From: Gnetum montanum
Taxonomy: Eukaryota > Plantae > Gnetophyta
Reading direction: 5' to 3'
Assembly: GCA_015680685.1 (NCBI GenBank)
Contig: MNCI01000161.1
Coordinates: 74,744 to 138,743 of the forward strand
Length of the DNA: 64,000 nucleotides
Shown here: piece by piece, positions 12,651-27,949 of the stretch
How positions within the stretch are numbered: the first letter of the stretch is position 1
How the letters are laid out: every line of letters begins with the position of its first letter
The notes under the pieces: model-generated
Databases searched by the model: none
What the model saw: the letters and a program-made list of their open reading frames with translations, nothing else
What the model was told of the DNA's origin: nothing
Program-made: the position numbers and the translations under genes

Positions 12651-13732
12651 TAGTGACATTTCATATCTTCTGAATTTGCTACTTCCATAACTACACATTA
12701 TTATTAACCTCCAAAGATACTTAAATATTGGTCAAATATTAGTATTAGAACTAATAAAAGTATACAAAATCCTGAGCCAATATGAAAAAACATGATGTCC
12801 ATTAATCTAAGAAAAATCAAGAAAATCATTATGAAAATCTTGAATAGCTACATTTTTATCCAAACTATCCAACAAATCAAAAAATGTAGACTTTCTAGAA
12901 ACTCTTGACTTGAAAACTCTAAGTTATTATTTTAATTTTGGTGGGCAATGCTAAATTATAAAATTCTAATTAGGATATATGTCTTAGGGGTAAATATTGT
13001 TAAAAATTTCTTTAAGTTCCAATTACCTTATTGTTTAAGAAGGATTTTTAAGTAAGAGGTTATCAAATCAAGTACACTTAGGACATCCCCAAAAAATATA
13101 TAATCATAATGTTTATAGTTAAATTATTTTGAGCTTGAACATAGCCATTCAAAGAGGTTAGGCTTTTTCTCATCCATCAACCATCCCAAAACACTTGCTA
13201 ACAAGATGAGCATTGAGGCTCCAAGTGATGATGATTTTTTATTCTTTTCTTAATTGATACATTTAGTTAATAACAATCTAACATCTTGTCTTCCCTTTCA
13301 CTCTTACAACTACTTCATAAATTAAACATCTACATGTTACAAACATGAGAATATTAAAGCATAGTTTTGTTAATATCAAAATGCATAACTATTGTTGAGG
13401 GAGACGAAGATTAGAACCATAACTAAATGGGGATGGTAGGTGTTGAAACCCAAAAATTTTGTTTTAACAATGTTAACACCTAAAACATATAGTCAAATTA
13501 ACTATATAACTCAACCTTGCCCACTAGAGTTAAGCCTATAACTTACAGTTTCCAAAATTCTTACCACTAGGTTAACATCTCATTATTGAACTAGAACTAA
13601 ATAACTATATGCACCCCCAAGACATATATCCAACATTAACATTCATTATATTTTTATTAAACACCATGGTATATCAAATAAATATACTTATTAGAATTAA
13701 ACCTATGATTTAAAAATCATAAGTTACATACT

Positions 13733-14620
13733 TAATGAATAATGGATATTTCCTATGCCCAACCATATAAATCACTAGTGTGTATGTGTGATCTAGTCAA
13801 AGTTGATGGACTATGTTTTACCTAAGTGGCCTATATTCTTAGATGGTAAAAGATATGACTACTAGTCACTATCTTTTCCATCATCACTTGTGTTAATTCA
13901 TTTGTCTAGTTAAGTGTAACTGAGGTGTAAGATATTTATTTTTATAATTTTTATTATCTTCTTTATCTATAAAATGATTAAATAAAGGAATGGGCAATTA
14001 TTTAAATTAGCTAATTAATTAACTAAACTATCCTAAATGTAAAACATCCATTCCCACTTTCTATACACATCCTAAATATATACTAATGATGCTAGCTTAG
14101 AAAGAATTTACTATTGGGGATACCAAGTATTTACTATTGGGATTACTAAGAATTAATACATTATTCTCAAAGTGGTCATACTCATGTTACAACAAAATAA
14201 AATATTAATTTCTTAAGTACTTGAAAGTAAAGTGCATAAAAAGTAAAGTGTTGGAAAGTAAGTTAAATGCTAATCCTTGTACTATAATGAAAGAAATCAA
14301 TCTTGATTTTATTGTCATTCATGCAAAATTATCTAGGTGAACCTTGCATTTGAATAGAATTCTATATAATCAATTCAATCCATGTTGTGAGTACTTAGAG
14401 AAAAATTTAACTAAGTCCTATGGAAAAAAATTGCAAGAGCTTCACTATGCTATTGAAAACTATTATGTCTAATGCCGATGGCATGAGAATATTTATAGGT
14501 TTTAGACAAAAGGATTTTAATGCATATGCATCAATTTATCTAGCATGTGTTAATGGGCATGCATCAATGAGGCTACATTTATAGGGATGTGTCAACATAG
14601 CTACCCAACATATGATGCTT
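13733..14620 (-). repeat. Degraded Athila-like LTR (3' LTR of the element at 13.7-19.4 kb)
   Basis: Collinear with 11753-12600 (CCCAACCATAT, CCATTCCCACTTT.TATACA, AAAAAGTAAAGT, CTTGA.TTTATTGT). Confidence 0.65.
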
Positions 14621-14799
14621 TATCATGCTTCCACAACTAAAAACCCATCCTTGAGTTACAAAATTAGTTGGAGTTAATTACAAAATTATGGATGGTATAG
14701 GATTACAAAAAAGAACCTAGAACTTATTATTATGAAATTTTGTGGGCACCTAGCTGAATGATGGTAAGTGAAATGAAGTCTTTACATCATGTCTAGAGG

Positions 14800-17618
14800 T
14801 GGAGCCTCTTGTGGTGTAGAGGATCATTCATCATGTCTTGGCCCTATTGGTGGTTGAGGCTATCTTACTATTGTTGGCAAGAATTTGAAGGCATCCATGA
14901 GTGCCTTCATTTTCTTCTATTTGCTCCATGGATCATAGATGGTCTAGGCCACTTTGCCTATGTGAGTTAATGCTGGAATATCCCACAAGCATCATAGTGA
15001 AGAAAACATTTTCCTCATGTTAATGAACTAAATGAATAATTGTTTATGTTCAACATCAAACATTTTGATAAGGTTTCATAGATCATGATAGTCATTTATT
15101 CTTTTGGCCAAGTTCTCAGTAGCATATCCTTGATCCATGAATTTACTTATGAGAACTTCAAGTTCTACATTGGCTACTTCCAACTTTTTTTGTTTCTCTT
15201 TATGGAGTTTAAACTCCACCTCATAGAGGAGGTAGGACCTAGCCACCCATTTTTCTAACTTTTTTCTAGGTCTCCTCACTATTCATAATTTCCAATTTGA
15301 CATATCAAAGGTTGACTAGTTCCATACATTTCATCATCTCCTTGATTTACAACTCCGTTAGGTAGATCTCTACTTGATTATAGGAATTGAGGCCTTCATA
15401 TATAGATTTCCATACATTTCCTCTTTTTTGTAGTTGCTAGAGGGATTTATTTACATTTTCCTTTACTAAGTTGATTTCTTTCTTATTGATTTCATTAAGC
15501 ACCACAACCTAGTCCATGTAATGAGTTTTAACTCATTCAATCTTTAGGTCTTCATTTTTCTAGGTGAAAATCTTAATTGTAGTCTTCTAGCAAAGGCCAT
15601 GAACCTTCTTCATCAAGATATTTCTATTTTTAGTAGCCAACATCCTCAAATCCAAGTTCACCTTGGCAAGCTACTCTTATTGCTGGCAAATATATTCGGC
15701 CAATTTATCCTTTTGTTGCTTAGCATTTCATAGGCAATGGTTATTGTGGGTTAGCACCATATCATCCTTATGAACCTAAGAGAGGTCATGGTTAGTGTTA
15801 TTTACCATTTTTTTATAGTGATTCCTTAAGGATTTTCATCTCTTTAGCATTTTTAGCCTCTTGATATTTTTTTTAAAGCTATTGAAAAGCTTCATTCTTG
15901 GTGAGTTTTAGCTTGAGAATGGTAGGATCAAATAAACAAGCTCTAAGTTCTGCAACCTTAGTGACTAACCATTGATTACTAGTGATGGTCTCCTCAAGTT
16001 GCATATTTGCAATTAATAGTTTATCCTTTGTCTCCAATAGTTGTGGCTAGGTGGTTAATAATTTTTTCCAAGAGATCAAAGATCTCTAGGAATGGTTACC
16101 TAGCTATAATCACCTATTCTAGTACTTCTTCATGCTAGGTATCACACATCCTTCCACTCCCTACTCCTACTAATGGATACACATCTACCATGACAATAAT
16201 ATCAGAGGTAGAGGTAGAAAAATCACTTATACATTCTCCAACCTAATCTTCCACCATGTCTACTATTGTCTCTTGGTCCTTATGCAACATAACCAAGGCT
16301 ATTGCTTGCTCATTCTTCTCTAGCATTATAGTGAAGGATGTTGCATTCCTAGTGATTTTTAGAAATTCTTGTCTTAGTATGGATACAATGACTTCTTTGG
16401 TACTAGGATTAGAGTGAGTAGTTTCTTGGTTCCTCTATGACAAGAATAGTGATGTAGTCCTACTATCTAGCTAGTTGATGATCTTTATGACCTCATTTAT
16501 ATGGCTCATGGCTAGACAGATACTAAAGGTTCTCCACTACCTCTAAAGGCTTGTTATTGTTAAATCTAGTGCTCTCTAAGTATCTAAAGACACTCAGTAG
16601 TTGTTAGCATTTTAGGTGTTATCTCTAGTGTTGTAGGTGATGGTGGTGTTGTTCTTCTTAAAGCTTGGTAGTAGGCTTATCTTTCAACAACTCTTTCCAT
16701 GATAAGATAGAAGCTTGATGGACCACATCATTAAAGTAGCATGCTATTCCTTCCATTTTGCAAAATTTTCTGATTAGGCATGAAAAGAGAAGTGTCCACC
16801 TACTCTTCTTTTTTTCCTAAAATGCTTTTCTATTTCAAGAAATATGAGCTAGGGTAGGCTAACTTGGAATTTTCCACTTAGAGCTACACATGCTCTGGTT
16901 GAGAAGGTTGTCATCTTACTTGGCCTTACCATTTGATTAATGTGATAGGTTGTAATCTTAAAGTAGGTTATCTCCACCTTGGTTAATACCATGCTCCTTA
17001 TGATGTACTTCATAGCACCGATGAACCCATTCTTTCTTTGCCTCTAGGTATGCTTATGTTGATATCTCAACCAACTAGGCCCTAGTGTTTGGAATTATGA
17101 GGATCTCTACTATTACCTCAATTGAGTAGGAGATGATGATGCCTTTGATCTTTACAATTACCTCTCCTTGTCAATTATTCTAGAAGAGGTAGGGCTCTTC
17201 CATGTACCATTTCTTACTAGTGGAAATGATAAGCCATAGAGGAGACCCTTACAATTATGTTTAGACCTCTTCTAGTTCTAATTTCATAAACAATCTAAAA
17301 TTAAGCTTCTTAAGAATGGAGCTCTAAATTTTTCTACTACAGAACTTTTCTAAGAAGATCTGTATAAGTATGCCCTCAAGGTTAGGTCATGGCCTTAGTA
17401 CCTCATCCTCCCTAGTTTGTCCTATCTCTATGGTAAGAATCTGATGGAAAAATTCCACCTCAAGCTCTTCAAGTAAGGGCCTTATAACATGGGTTCCCTC
17501 AAAAAGTTGTTCTTAGAATTTCTATGGTTTTTTGTTATTGTTGCTCCCTTCCTCCTTGTGGTTTCTTATCTCTTGGTTGGAATGGTTCTCTTACTTGCAG
17601 TTCTCTTTTTGGTGTCAT
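14800..17618 (-). pseudogene. Athila extra ('env-like') ORF, copy A, with coiled-coil C-terminus
   Basis: Starts ATGACACCAAAAAGA (MTPKR), lies between INT and the LTR in the sense of the element, contains E/K/L-rich fragments (15076-15279) and is collinear with 19430-22090. Confidence 0.6.
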
Positions 17619-18469
17619 TTTCGATCACAAATAGAACCTTAAATAAGCTGTTTAAATATAATAATATTTAACTTGAATGCCTTTCATTGTTTGATCAATT
17701 TAAGTTTGTTGTTCAAGAGTTGAGTTTGTAGTGTTAAATTCTTACTTTGTGATGATATTATTTTATTATTATTATATTCATGCCTTAGTAGATATTAATT
17801 ATTGATATTAACCCTTATGATCATTAATTCTAATATTATTTTAATATCTTATCCATCGAGAGTTAGAAAAATTTTCTATGGAAACCTAGTGTTTAATACC
17901 CCCACAATATAGAGGATAGAAAAAATGAGTGAAAATAAGTAAGCAATTTGAAAATTATGACTTCTAGAAGTCTTTAGGCTTTGAAAACTGCAAAACTCCC
18001 TAGGAATCTAAAGTAAAATGTGAAAAAATGAGCTAAGCATCACATGCATATATAGTATTTTTGTACTATGTCAATGAAGATGTGCCAACATATTTGACTA
18101 CGTCAACATAGCTATTCATAAATTTTTTCAACTTTGATTTTTGGAAATTTTTGAAAGAATTTGAAGTCAAATTAAGAGCCAAATGGAAGCCAAAAAGCTA
18201 GGAAATCATGAAAACAATACTCATGAGGTTCTAGTAAAGGAATTTTGATAATTTTATCATGCAAAAAAATTCAATGGAATATGTTCCTTAAGTCAAATTA
18301 GCATAAAACTAAATAGTGCAAACTATCATGATTATTGGAATCAAGTCCTAGGCCTATGGTAGTGGGATTTAACCTAAAAGGGCTATGCAAGTGGATTCTT
18401 CCCAAAGTAGGCATATGCCTAATTAATGCCCTTGCATATCACATCATAAGGAGTCCATTGATAACTTGG

Positions 18470-19390
18470 ATGAAGGATGGTTATTCCCAAAGCTCATTTA
18501 GTAGAATAGTCAACAACAACAATAATGTAAGATTTCCCATTGTACATGGGAGTGATAGGTCCCATTAAGTCAATACCCCAAAGTTCACAAGGCTCCAATG
18601 GTTAAATCCATTGATGGAATCCTTCGACTTAGATGGTCATTCCCCCATCTTATTAACATCTCTTACATGAATGGGAGAAGTGGTGAGCATCCCTAAAGAT
18701 TGTTGGCTAAAAGTATCCTACCATAATGATCTTTATGACTATCCTTCTTCCTATATAGTGGTCCTTACAAGGAAATTCTTGAGCATCTGAGATAACTTTT
18801 AAGTAATCTCTATCAAATACATACCATCATAACAACACATTGACACAAACCTTATAGAGATTACCTTCAATATCCACCTAATATTTAACCTCTTAAAGAA
18901 TCTACTGTTTCTTCCTATGATCCCATTTTGTAAGAGTGTCCTATGTGAGTAGATATGAGAAACTAATCATACTAATTTATGATCCTTGGTGCTTAAACTT
19001 TAATGAACTTTGCAAAGAGGAGTTCATCTAGAAATTGGTCAAATTAAAACTCTTTCTCATCATTGCTATTCCATCTTAACCGAGACAAATGATCCACAAC
19101 TACATTCTTAGTCTCTTTTCTATCCACCATGGTGCGACCAAATTCCTATAAGATTACCAACCACTATATAATATAGGGGCTTACTACTAGTTTATTCATA
19201 AGAAAGTGGATTTCACTATGGCCTGTATGCACAAAATTTTGGTATCCAAGCACATAGTGCTTAAATTTTTCTAAGGCATACACCACCACCATGAGTTCTT
19301 TTTTGTTGGTGGTATAGTTGAGTTGTGTATTCACAATGCTTCTTCTTGCAAAATGGATATAATATGGATATTCTTAATCATCCATTACAT
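18470..19390 (-). pseudogene. Athila RNase H and integrase N-terminal remnant
   Basis: LNYTT.KKELMVVVYALEKFKHYVLG and ELWGIDLMGP..YIIVVVDYSTK. The rest of INT is deleted. Confidence 0.75.
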
Positions 19391-19429
19391 CCTAATGCTA
19401 CTAAAGGCTTAGGTTATCCTGACGCTACT

Positions 19430-22090
19430 ACCAAAAATTAAAAGACATCCAAAAGTGCCTTCATCTTTTTTTCTTTACCTTGCGGATCATGAATAGTCCA
19501 AGCTACTTTGCCTAGATGTGTTGATGTTGGAATATTCGACAAGCAGGGTAGTGTTAGAAAAATCTCCTTCATAATGATAAACTAGGCTATGAATTATTTA
19601 TGTTTAATTTCAAATGTATGAACACGATTTTGTAGCTACTAGTATTCACTTATTCTCTAGCCAGGTTCTCATCAATAGATCATTGATGAATGAATTTGAT
19701 CTTGAGAACTTTAAGTTTCATGTTTTCCACTTCCGACTGTTGTTTACTCTCTTTGTAGAGCTTGAACTCCACTTCATAGAAAATAAAGAGCTGGTCACCT
19801 ACTTCTCAAGTTCTATCTTAGGCCTTCCCATAGTTAGCATTGCCAAGTTTGCATATTGAATGTTAGTAAGCTCCATGTATTCAATCATCTCCTTGTTCTA
19901 TAGCTTCTTTAGGTGAATCTTTGTTTGGTTATATGCATTAAGTCCATCAAAGATGGACCACTACACATAATCACTTTGTTAGAGTTGCTAAAGGACCTCA
20001 TTCACCTTCACCTTGGTCAACTTGATCTCCTTTTCATTGATCTTCTTAAGCATTTTGACCTAGTTGTTGTAGTAATTTTTAACATGTTCATATTTTAGGG
20101 CTTCATTCTTCTATGTAACAGTCTCAATTACAGTCTTTTGGTAAAGGGCTCAACCTCCTCCATTAACAAATCCCTATTTTTTGTAGCTAACATCCTCAGG
20201 TCCAAGTTCACCTTAGCAAGCTATTCCTACTACTAGAAAATGTACTCCAATCATTTGATATTTTTATTAGTCAACATGCCACAGATGATGGTTATTATGT
20301 GTTAGTAATAGTTTTTCTTTACAAGATTGATGGAAGTCATGGTCAATGATGTTCAACATTTCTTCTAATGGTAATGCCTCATGGAATTTTTACTAAAGCT
20401 ATTGAAAAGCTTCATCTTTTGGGAGATCTAACCTAAGAATGGTAGGATTGAACAAAAGAGCTCTAAGTTTTGCAACCTTAGTGGCCAACCATTGATTAAT
20501 AATGGTGGCCTCCTCAAGTTGGATATTCATAATCAATAGTTTGGTTCTTGTCTCTAATGATTATGACTGGGTGGTTGATATGAATTTTGAGAGATTAAAG
20601 ATCTTTGGAATCAGTTTTACAACTTCAATTAGTCATTTCAATACTTCTTCATGTAGGGTAGTCCTCATTCTACTACTCATTGCTTTTGCTAATGTTTGTA
20701 CATCTTCCATGGTAGCAACATCAAGAAAAAATGTAGTAGAAGCACTAAGAGCTTTTCCAACATGATCTACCACTACCTCTACTACTATTTCTTAGGTCTT
20801 ATGTAGCATAACTAGGATTGTTGCTTCCTCATCTTCTTCTAGCATTATAGAGAAGGTTGTTGTGTTCCTAGAAATTTCAAAGAATTCTTATCCTATTATG
20901 AACATAGTAACTTCTCTAGGACTAGGATTAGGATGAAGGGATGCCTAGTTTCTTTATGAAAAGAACAATGGTTTCATCTCACTATCTAGCCAACTAATAG
21001 TCCTTGTGACCTCATTTCAATGGCTCATGGCTCAATAGTATACTAAATATTTTTCACCATATCTAGAGGATTTTTGTTCTTGTAGTAACTACTCTTTGAG
21101 TTTTCTTAGCTGATCTATAGCTACCAATATTTTAGGTATTATCTCTAATGCTATAGGTGATGGTGATATGGTTTCTCCTCATACTAAAGCTTGGCAAGAG
21201 CTTTGTGAACCATATTATTTGAGTAGTGAGTTATCCCTTGCCTCTTATAGAGTTTTCTGAAGAGGCATGGAAAGGAAAGTATCTTTCTACCCTTCTCATT
21301 ATTCTTGAAACAATTATTTTTTAAGGAAGATGAGTTATGGTAGATTCACTAGAAATTTTGTACTTAGAGCTGCACATGTCCTAGCAAAGAAGTCTATCAT
21401 CTTGCTTGGCCTCATCATTGGATTGAGGTGATAGGCCATAGTCTTGAAGTATGTTTCTACTACCTTAGTAAGGACATTGAAGTCCTTACAATCCACTCCA
21501 TAACATTGCTAAATCCACTCTTTCTTGGCATCTAGGTCCACTTGAGTAGATATTTCCATCAACTTTTTCTTGTTATTGGAAAATCTAAGAACTTTTGAAA
21601 TGGATTCAACCAAGTAGGAGTTGGTGATATCCTTAATTTTGGTAGTGGCATATCCTTGTGAGTTATTCTAGAAGAGGTGCATTTTTTCCATGTACCATTC
21701 TCCATTTATGGAAAGAATGGGTCATAGTGAAGATCCTTAAGGTTGTGTCTTGATCTCTTCTAGTAAAATCTTTAGGAATATTCCAAATTTGGCTCTTGAA
21801 GGATGGATCTCTATATTTTCTTATTACGAACCTTCTCTAGGCAAGCTTCTATGAGTGTAACCTCTAGATTAGATCAAGGTCTTGGAACTTCATCCTACGT
21901 GGATTGTCCTATCTCTACTATAGGAATTTGATAGAGAGCCTCCACGTTGGACTCCTTGCAGGGGTCTGATAGCATAGGTGGCCTCAACCTTTTACTCTTG
22001 GGTTTATTGTTGTAATCTCCTTCCACCTCATCATCACTTTTTCCTAGGTTGTGATGATCCTCCTACCTATGGTCCTCTTTTGGGTGCCAT
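19430..22090 (-). pseudogene. Athila extra ('env-like') ORF, copy B
   Basis: Starts ATGGCACCCAAAAGA (MAPKR) after an acceptor-like TTTCATCATAG. Homology with copy A extends through non-coding DNA to ~23000. Confidence 0.6.
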
Positions 22091-23479
22091 CTATGATGAA
22101 ACAAATAATCCATGATTAGTTTCTTAAGCATAACCTTTGTTTCCTTTAGATATTTTTCTTACTTTGATTGAGTTATATTTATTAATCAAATGTTCTAATT
22201 TTATCATTAAATCTTTATTTAGTGATTACAAGCTTATGATATTATTTTATTATTGTTTCATTAAGACTTTATCAAAGATTAATTATTGGTATTAACTCTT
22301 GTGATTATTAATATAATATTATTTTAATATCTTATCCATTGAAAGTTAGAAATATTTCCAAAAAAATTTCTATGAAAACCTAGTGTTTTATGTTCCCAGA
22401 GTGCAAAGCATACATCTAGTAGATCAAGAATCAAAGAATCGGTAAAATCAGTTAAGTGGTTAACAAGTTATGGCTCTTAGAAGGCTCTAAGCTCTAAACA
22501 ATGATAAAAACTTCTCTTACATTTTGGAAAATTGGTGAAAAATGAGTTAAGTATCATGTGTATTTATAGAAATTTTATGCCTCATCGATGGAAATGTGTC
22601 AACAAGGCTACATCAACTATTCTTGCTATGTTAATGAGGAGGCATCGACACAACTATTTGCATCAAATTTTCACTTAAAGATATCAAGGGATTTTGGACA
22701 AGTGTGAGGTTAAAAAGAGTTGAATGAAAGCCAAAAAAAACTTGAAAAATCATAGAAACAACATACTTGATGGTATGGTTCAAGAAATTAAAGTAATTTG
22801 AGCATGTGGGATGAGTTATTGGAGGATGTTTCTTATGCCAAAGTTGAGAAAAAAATTGGATGTTTCAAGCTATCCAGATAAAGATTGCAATGGAACATAT
22901 GGTTAGGGAATTGAACTTAGAGCAAAACAAAAGATATGCAACTGGATCCTTCTTGTAACAAGCTTATTCCTAATATGCCCTTATATAAACCTCATTACAA
23001 GTCTAGCACACATGTAATCTAGGGTTTTACCCTCTTTGGATCATCCAAACCCCTTGCTGTGAATTTTTTTCCCAATAGGGTCAACATTGCTAATTTCTTA
23101 AAAATCTAACCTTTGGAAAAATCAAAGTTTCCACTTTGATTTTTTCAGCCAAAAAAAAACTTTCTAAAAGTCAAACGACTTCCACTAAGGTTTTCAAGGA
23201 AGGTGTGAGATCTCCCCATCTCAACCCTTTTCTTCTCTCTTTTCTTCCTTAGCATAGGTGTAGCTAGGAAGCCCAAAATGAATGAGGTTTGACACCAACC
23301 TTTTGTCATTTCTAGTAAAAGGGGTATACCCCCTTAATCTCCACTTAATATTTATAGTAAGTGAGCTATTTTCAATAATTTTTGTTTCTTTCAGCCATTT
23401 TTAAATTCCACTTGTTGGAATTTTCACTTTATGTAAACTTTTACTACATCGTTTGGCTATTTTTAGCATTTTTTTGTCA

Positions 23480-26400
23480 TGTATTTTAGTTGATCAACCA
23501 TACTACCTATTAACTTGATAAATGTGGTATCAAGCCAAGATGCATTTCATGTCTATGATCTAAACGACCCCATGGTCATAGAATAAAGGAAATTTCTTAG
23601 GCAAATAGGTAAAAATCCAAATTTTGTAGTTATTAATGAGGAGTTATACAAGTTTCTATGTGCTAAGATACAAGTTGATCTATTGATACCATACTTCAAA
23701 TCTAATGCTAAGTGTCAACTTGAAATCATACATTGAGATGGAAAAGAATACATCCCATTGCCTAATGACCAAATTCTCCTCATAGACTTTTATGCACAAA
23801 TGCTCATAAAACTCATAAAGGTTGATGAGTTTAGTGAGGAAATTAGTTTAGATGATCAAAAAGAGGAGGAAGAGGAGATTGAGGCCAAATAGAAGCTTAA
23901 CACCTTCATTGGAATTATTTTCCAGTCTCTAGCATCCCTAACAATCATATCCAACTTAATGTCTTTTACTTCATTAATGGGACAAATCCCTCAATCCAAC
24001 TCTCCTCCTATTCATCCTACCATGTTTGGGTTCATACCCATCATCGCCACACACCAAACACAACCTATGTCTCAATCCACCTTCTTATTCTCATCAATAC
24101 CCTTTGCCACATAATGTAACTTCATTCAACCACCCATGGTGATGTCTACCTCACCATATCCCTTTGACATACCAGCAGGATCCTCATTGGAACCCCAAGC
24201 AACATAAGCATCTCATACTCCATTTATCCCCTTTGTGCCTCAAGTTCTGACACAAAGATCTTTCTCCTCATTTAGCCCAGCTATGACCACCATAACCTAG
24301 CCTCTACCTCCAATACCACATCCTATCACAAGGCTATAAGCCTCTTAACCACAATTCTCGTAACTTCTTCCTCAATCAATAATGCAAACATTGCAACCCA
24401 TGGGGATGTCCCAAGGCTTGGATCAAGCTTTTCAAATGATCCAATACCTTAATGAAGAGCTATGAAAACTTAAAGCCAACATAACACAAATTATTAAGAT
24501 TCTAGATTTCTACCAAGATGATCTTATATGCCCTATGATGCCTCAAATAACCTTTCCTGTAGGCTTTTCTATTTCAAACTTCACCAAATACAATGGTGAA
24601 AGGGATCCTAATGTACATCTAGTAACCTTTTAGTATGTGTGCCTTTTTTGTAAGCTTGGCCTCATGCAATATTATGAATTTTCCCCATGCCCCTCAATGG
24701 TAAGGCTCTAGATTGGTATCAAACCTTGCCTAGAGGATCCATCTCTTCCCTTGAGAACCTAACTAACCAATTTGTCAACTACTTTAGATACCACTTAATG
24801 CCAGATGTCACATTGGATCAATTGATGAAGGTAAGGCAAGGGTCACTTGAACAAGTCAAAATGTTTATTCAAATATGGAACTTAACACTCAACAAGATTT
24901 TAGATCCTATTGCTAAAACTCACCTCTTGGCCATCTACAAGGGAGTAGTAAATGACTTCATCAAGTCAAATCTATACTACCTAGATCCCTAGTTACTAAG
25001 CCAAGATTCCTCACAAACCAAGAACATTAAGAAGGTAGCTAAGGCAAGCAACGACCTAGCCTATGTGGCATACAAAAACCAACATGTGAGAAGGAATAGT
25101 AATAGGACTAAACAAGAACATTCAACTATGGCCACAGTAGAAAAAGTGCCAAAATAGGTACAGAGGAGGGGATCACTACCACACAACACATCCCATGACT
25201 CAACACAACCATCCATGTCCTACACCCAAAAACAACCTAGACTAAACTTTGGGCAAAAGGATAGGTCTAAGTATGCAAGATTACCTTCAATGTTGTTTGA
25301 GCTTCTAGAATAGTTGTTTAAAGATGACCATATACAACAGAAGAAACTATCTGAAGATGCTTGCAAGAGGCATGATCATCTTTGTGACATAGCTAGAGAC
25401 CTGACGTTAGCTACCAAAGATGATCGTAAGCAACTGAGGTACTTCATGCTAGATAGGTATTTCCATTATCATCAAATGTCTGGTCATGACATTAATTTTT
25501 GTCTAGAATTAAAGTATGACCTCCACAAGATGATAAACCATAGAGAGTTGGTAGTGAGTGAGCCTAGCTCTCTAAGAGCCAACAAAAAATCTTATATGGT
25601 GGTCTCATTTATAGAAATAAAATGGTATAATTTCCCTAGGGAACCATTTTTCATCAGAGTATCATCACCATCCCAAAGCACAAAGCCTAGGGAGCCCTTC
25701 ATTATACAAGAACCACCACCTTTAGCTGATAAGAAGCCTTCCATCATACATGTCCCTCCTTGAGTGGCTTCAATATCACAACATAATCAACAAGTTGATA
25801 ATCCTTGAAAGCCTAAGAAACCCTTTGTTTTCTGAGTTCCTCCATCTTCAACAAGTAAGACCACAATGACACATGATCAAAGCCCATATGTAATGGTCCA
25901 CAACTTAGAGGTTAGCAAGAAATCATCATCACAATGGTGGTGAAGCAACCTATCACCAAACTAACAAATAAGCCTACTAAAGGTAACCAACTAATACCTA
26001 CACCAAGATCAACCACATTCATGACAAGGGGCCCAAAGCACATGCACCAAAACCTGAGCTACAAACTATATGAAGGACTAAGGAGGTTAGAACCAATAAG
26101 GCTAAAACATCACCAGCCAAGAAAAAGAGTTTTCTTATAAACATGGAATAAGCCAAATAATACCTTAAGTAAAAGAACATGTCACTAAACTTGTATGATC
26201 TAGTCATGATAACACCTACTCATAGGGATGCACTAGCTCAAGTATTGACTACTATCCCTATGAATAGAGACATGCCTACCAACAAAGAGTTAATTCACTC
26301 TATCATTAAGCAAACTTTACTTAGGGAAAAGGACATCAACCCACACAACTTCCATGATAGTGAAGTAAAGATTTACTCTTGAAATGAAGACATGCTATTT

Positions 26401-26900
26401 ACTCCTCTTCTCATTACCATGTGTGTTAGTAGGTACAAGGTACATCATGTTCATGTGGATGATGGGGTAGCCATTAATGTGGTACCATATTCCATTATTG
26501 ACAAAATAGGCCTAACCGAGAACATCTAAGCAACCACCACCTCAACACTTGAAGTCATTTAATGACTCACGAGTAGCAATGTGAGGTTCCATCACTCTAG
26601 ATTTTATAACTGGTGAGTAATTCCCTACATCTACCAACTTTCTAGTAGTTGAATAAACACCTAGTTTCAACTTGATCCTAGGAAGGCCATGGTTAGGGAA
26701 GCTTTGGGCAATTTCATTTTCTATACATTAGGAGATTCACTTGCCATACGAGGAGGGAAAAATTGTGTTCCATGGGGATAATGTGTCACTTTCCTTAATT
26801 AACTATGTCAACATTGATTAAGGCTCAGAGGTGGAGTTTTAAGAGGAAACTCTTGACACTCAGACTAGGGCAAATCATAATCAAAGCAACAATGATGTAA
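23480..26900 (+). pseudogene. Older Tat-like gag-PR, related to the 44334-47772 element
   Basis: GKALDWYQTLP..TLDQLM.V.Q..KGVVNDFIKSNLYYL, YHQMSGHD..FC, HVDDG and LILGRPWL, all collinear with the young element. Confidence 0.85.
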
Positions 26901-27170
26901 GTAATGCCAACTATATGACATGAGACAATCAACAAAAATGCCAAAAAACTTTCCATGCTAAATAAGAGAAATGGTGAAAATAGAATCATGTTAAAAAGAT
27001 TCCTCAATTTCTCAAAGATCAAGCAACACATTCATGGTAAATGTCTCATCCATTCTTTTTCCAATATTTTTTTTACCTTAACAATGTTATATCATGTTTC
27101 AATGTTAATTATAGCCTTATGTTCCCTTTCAAGAACATCTCATACTTGCTAGAAAAGTATATAAATGATA

Positions 27171-27345
27171 GCCCACTAAGGTCTAAAACTAGTGCTACGT
27201 CCCGCTAAGGCCTAAAACTAGTACTACAGTTGACTAATGCCTAAAATTGGCACTATGGCTTGTTATGGCCTTAAATTGGCAACACTATGGCCTACCAAGA
27301 CCTAAAATTGGTGAAGTAATAGCTTGTTGGGACCTAAAACTAGTG
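27171..27345 (+). repeat. ~29-bp degenerate tandem repeat (core GGCCTAAAACTAGT)
   Basis: About 6 copies, homologous to the array at 47871-47978. Confidence 0.8.
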
Positions 27346-27949
27346 AGCATAATGATCTTTTATCCAATCTACCTAAGGGCATCACATGCAAGTTTACTAA
27401 TATGCATATAGCTTAGTTCACAATTATCATTATGACAAATTTTTATCTAATAGTTTTACTTTATGGCCTTGTTACATTTATCATCTATGCTTATGTGAAG
27501 CATCTAACATAAAAACTAGATCAAAACCTAAACACCTTCTTACATGCTGCTATTGCCAATTCCATGTACTGAAACTCAAAGTGCACTAAAGTGCAAGGGG
27601 GAAAGTCTTTTCTAAACTAGGAATGGTAGGAGATAATTGCAATTTTCAAAAATTTGATCTTTTGGAAGTGAACCCCACCATACACCTCCCATGCAAGGTG
27701 TTCCAAGCTTGGAAACTCCATCAACGTTGGGGTTTTAACCCCTTGGAAAATCCAAAATCATGTTTAAGCCTTAGGTATAGAAAAATCCCTTTTCTAAGAC
27801 GTACACTTAGAACCTCTTGAATTATAATCTAGCTATAAGTTCATGACCTACATGACATTATGTTAATGAGGCCATGGTGGTATTTCATCTTGCATAGATG
27901 GTGCAAGTAGTAAAGAAGTAGAATTGAAAGTTGAAGAGTGTTATGGTAA

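Noticed and set aside
23013-23480. Possible 5' LTR/PBS of the older Tat-like element
   Set aside because: Starts with TGTA and has a weak PBS-like CTAGTAAAAGGGG, but shows no clear homology to the 1.58-kb LTR and its boundaries are undefined.
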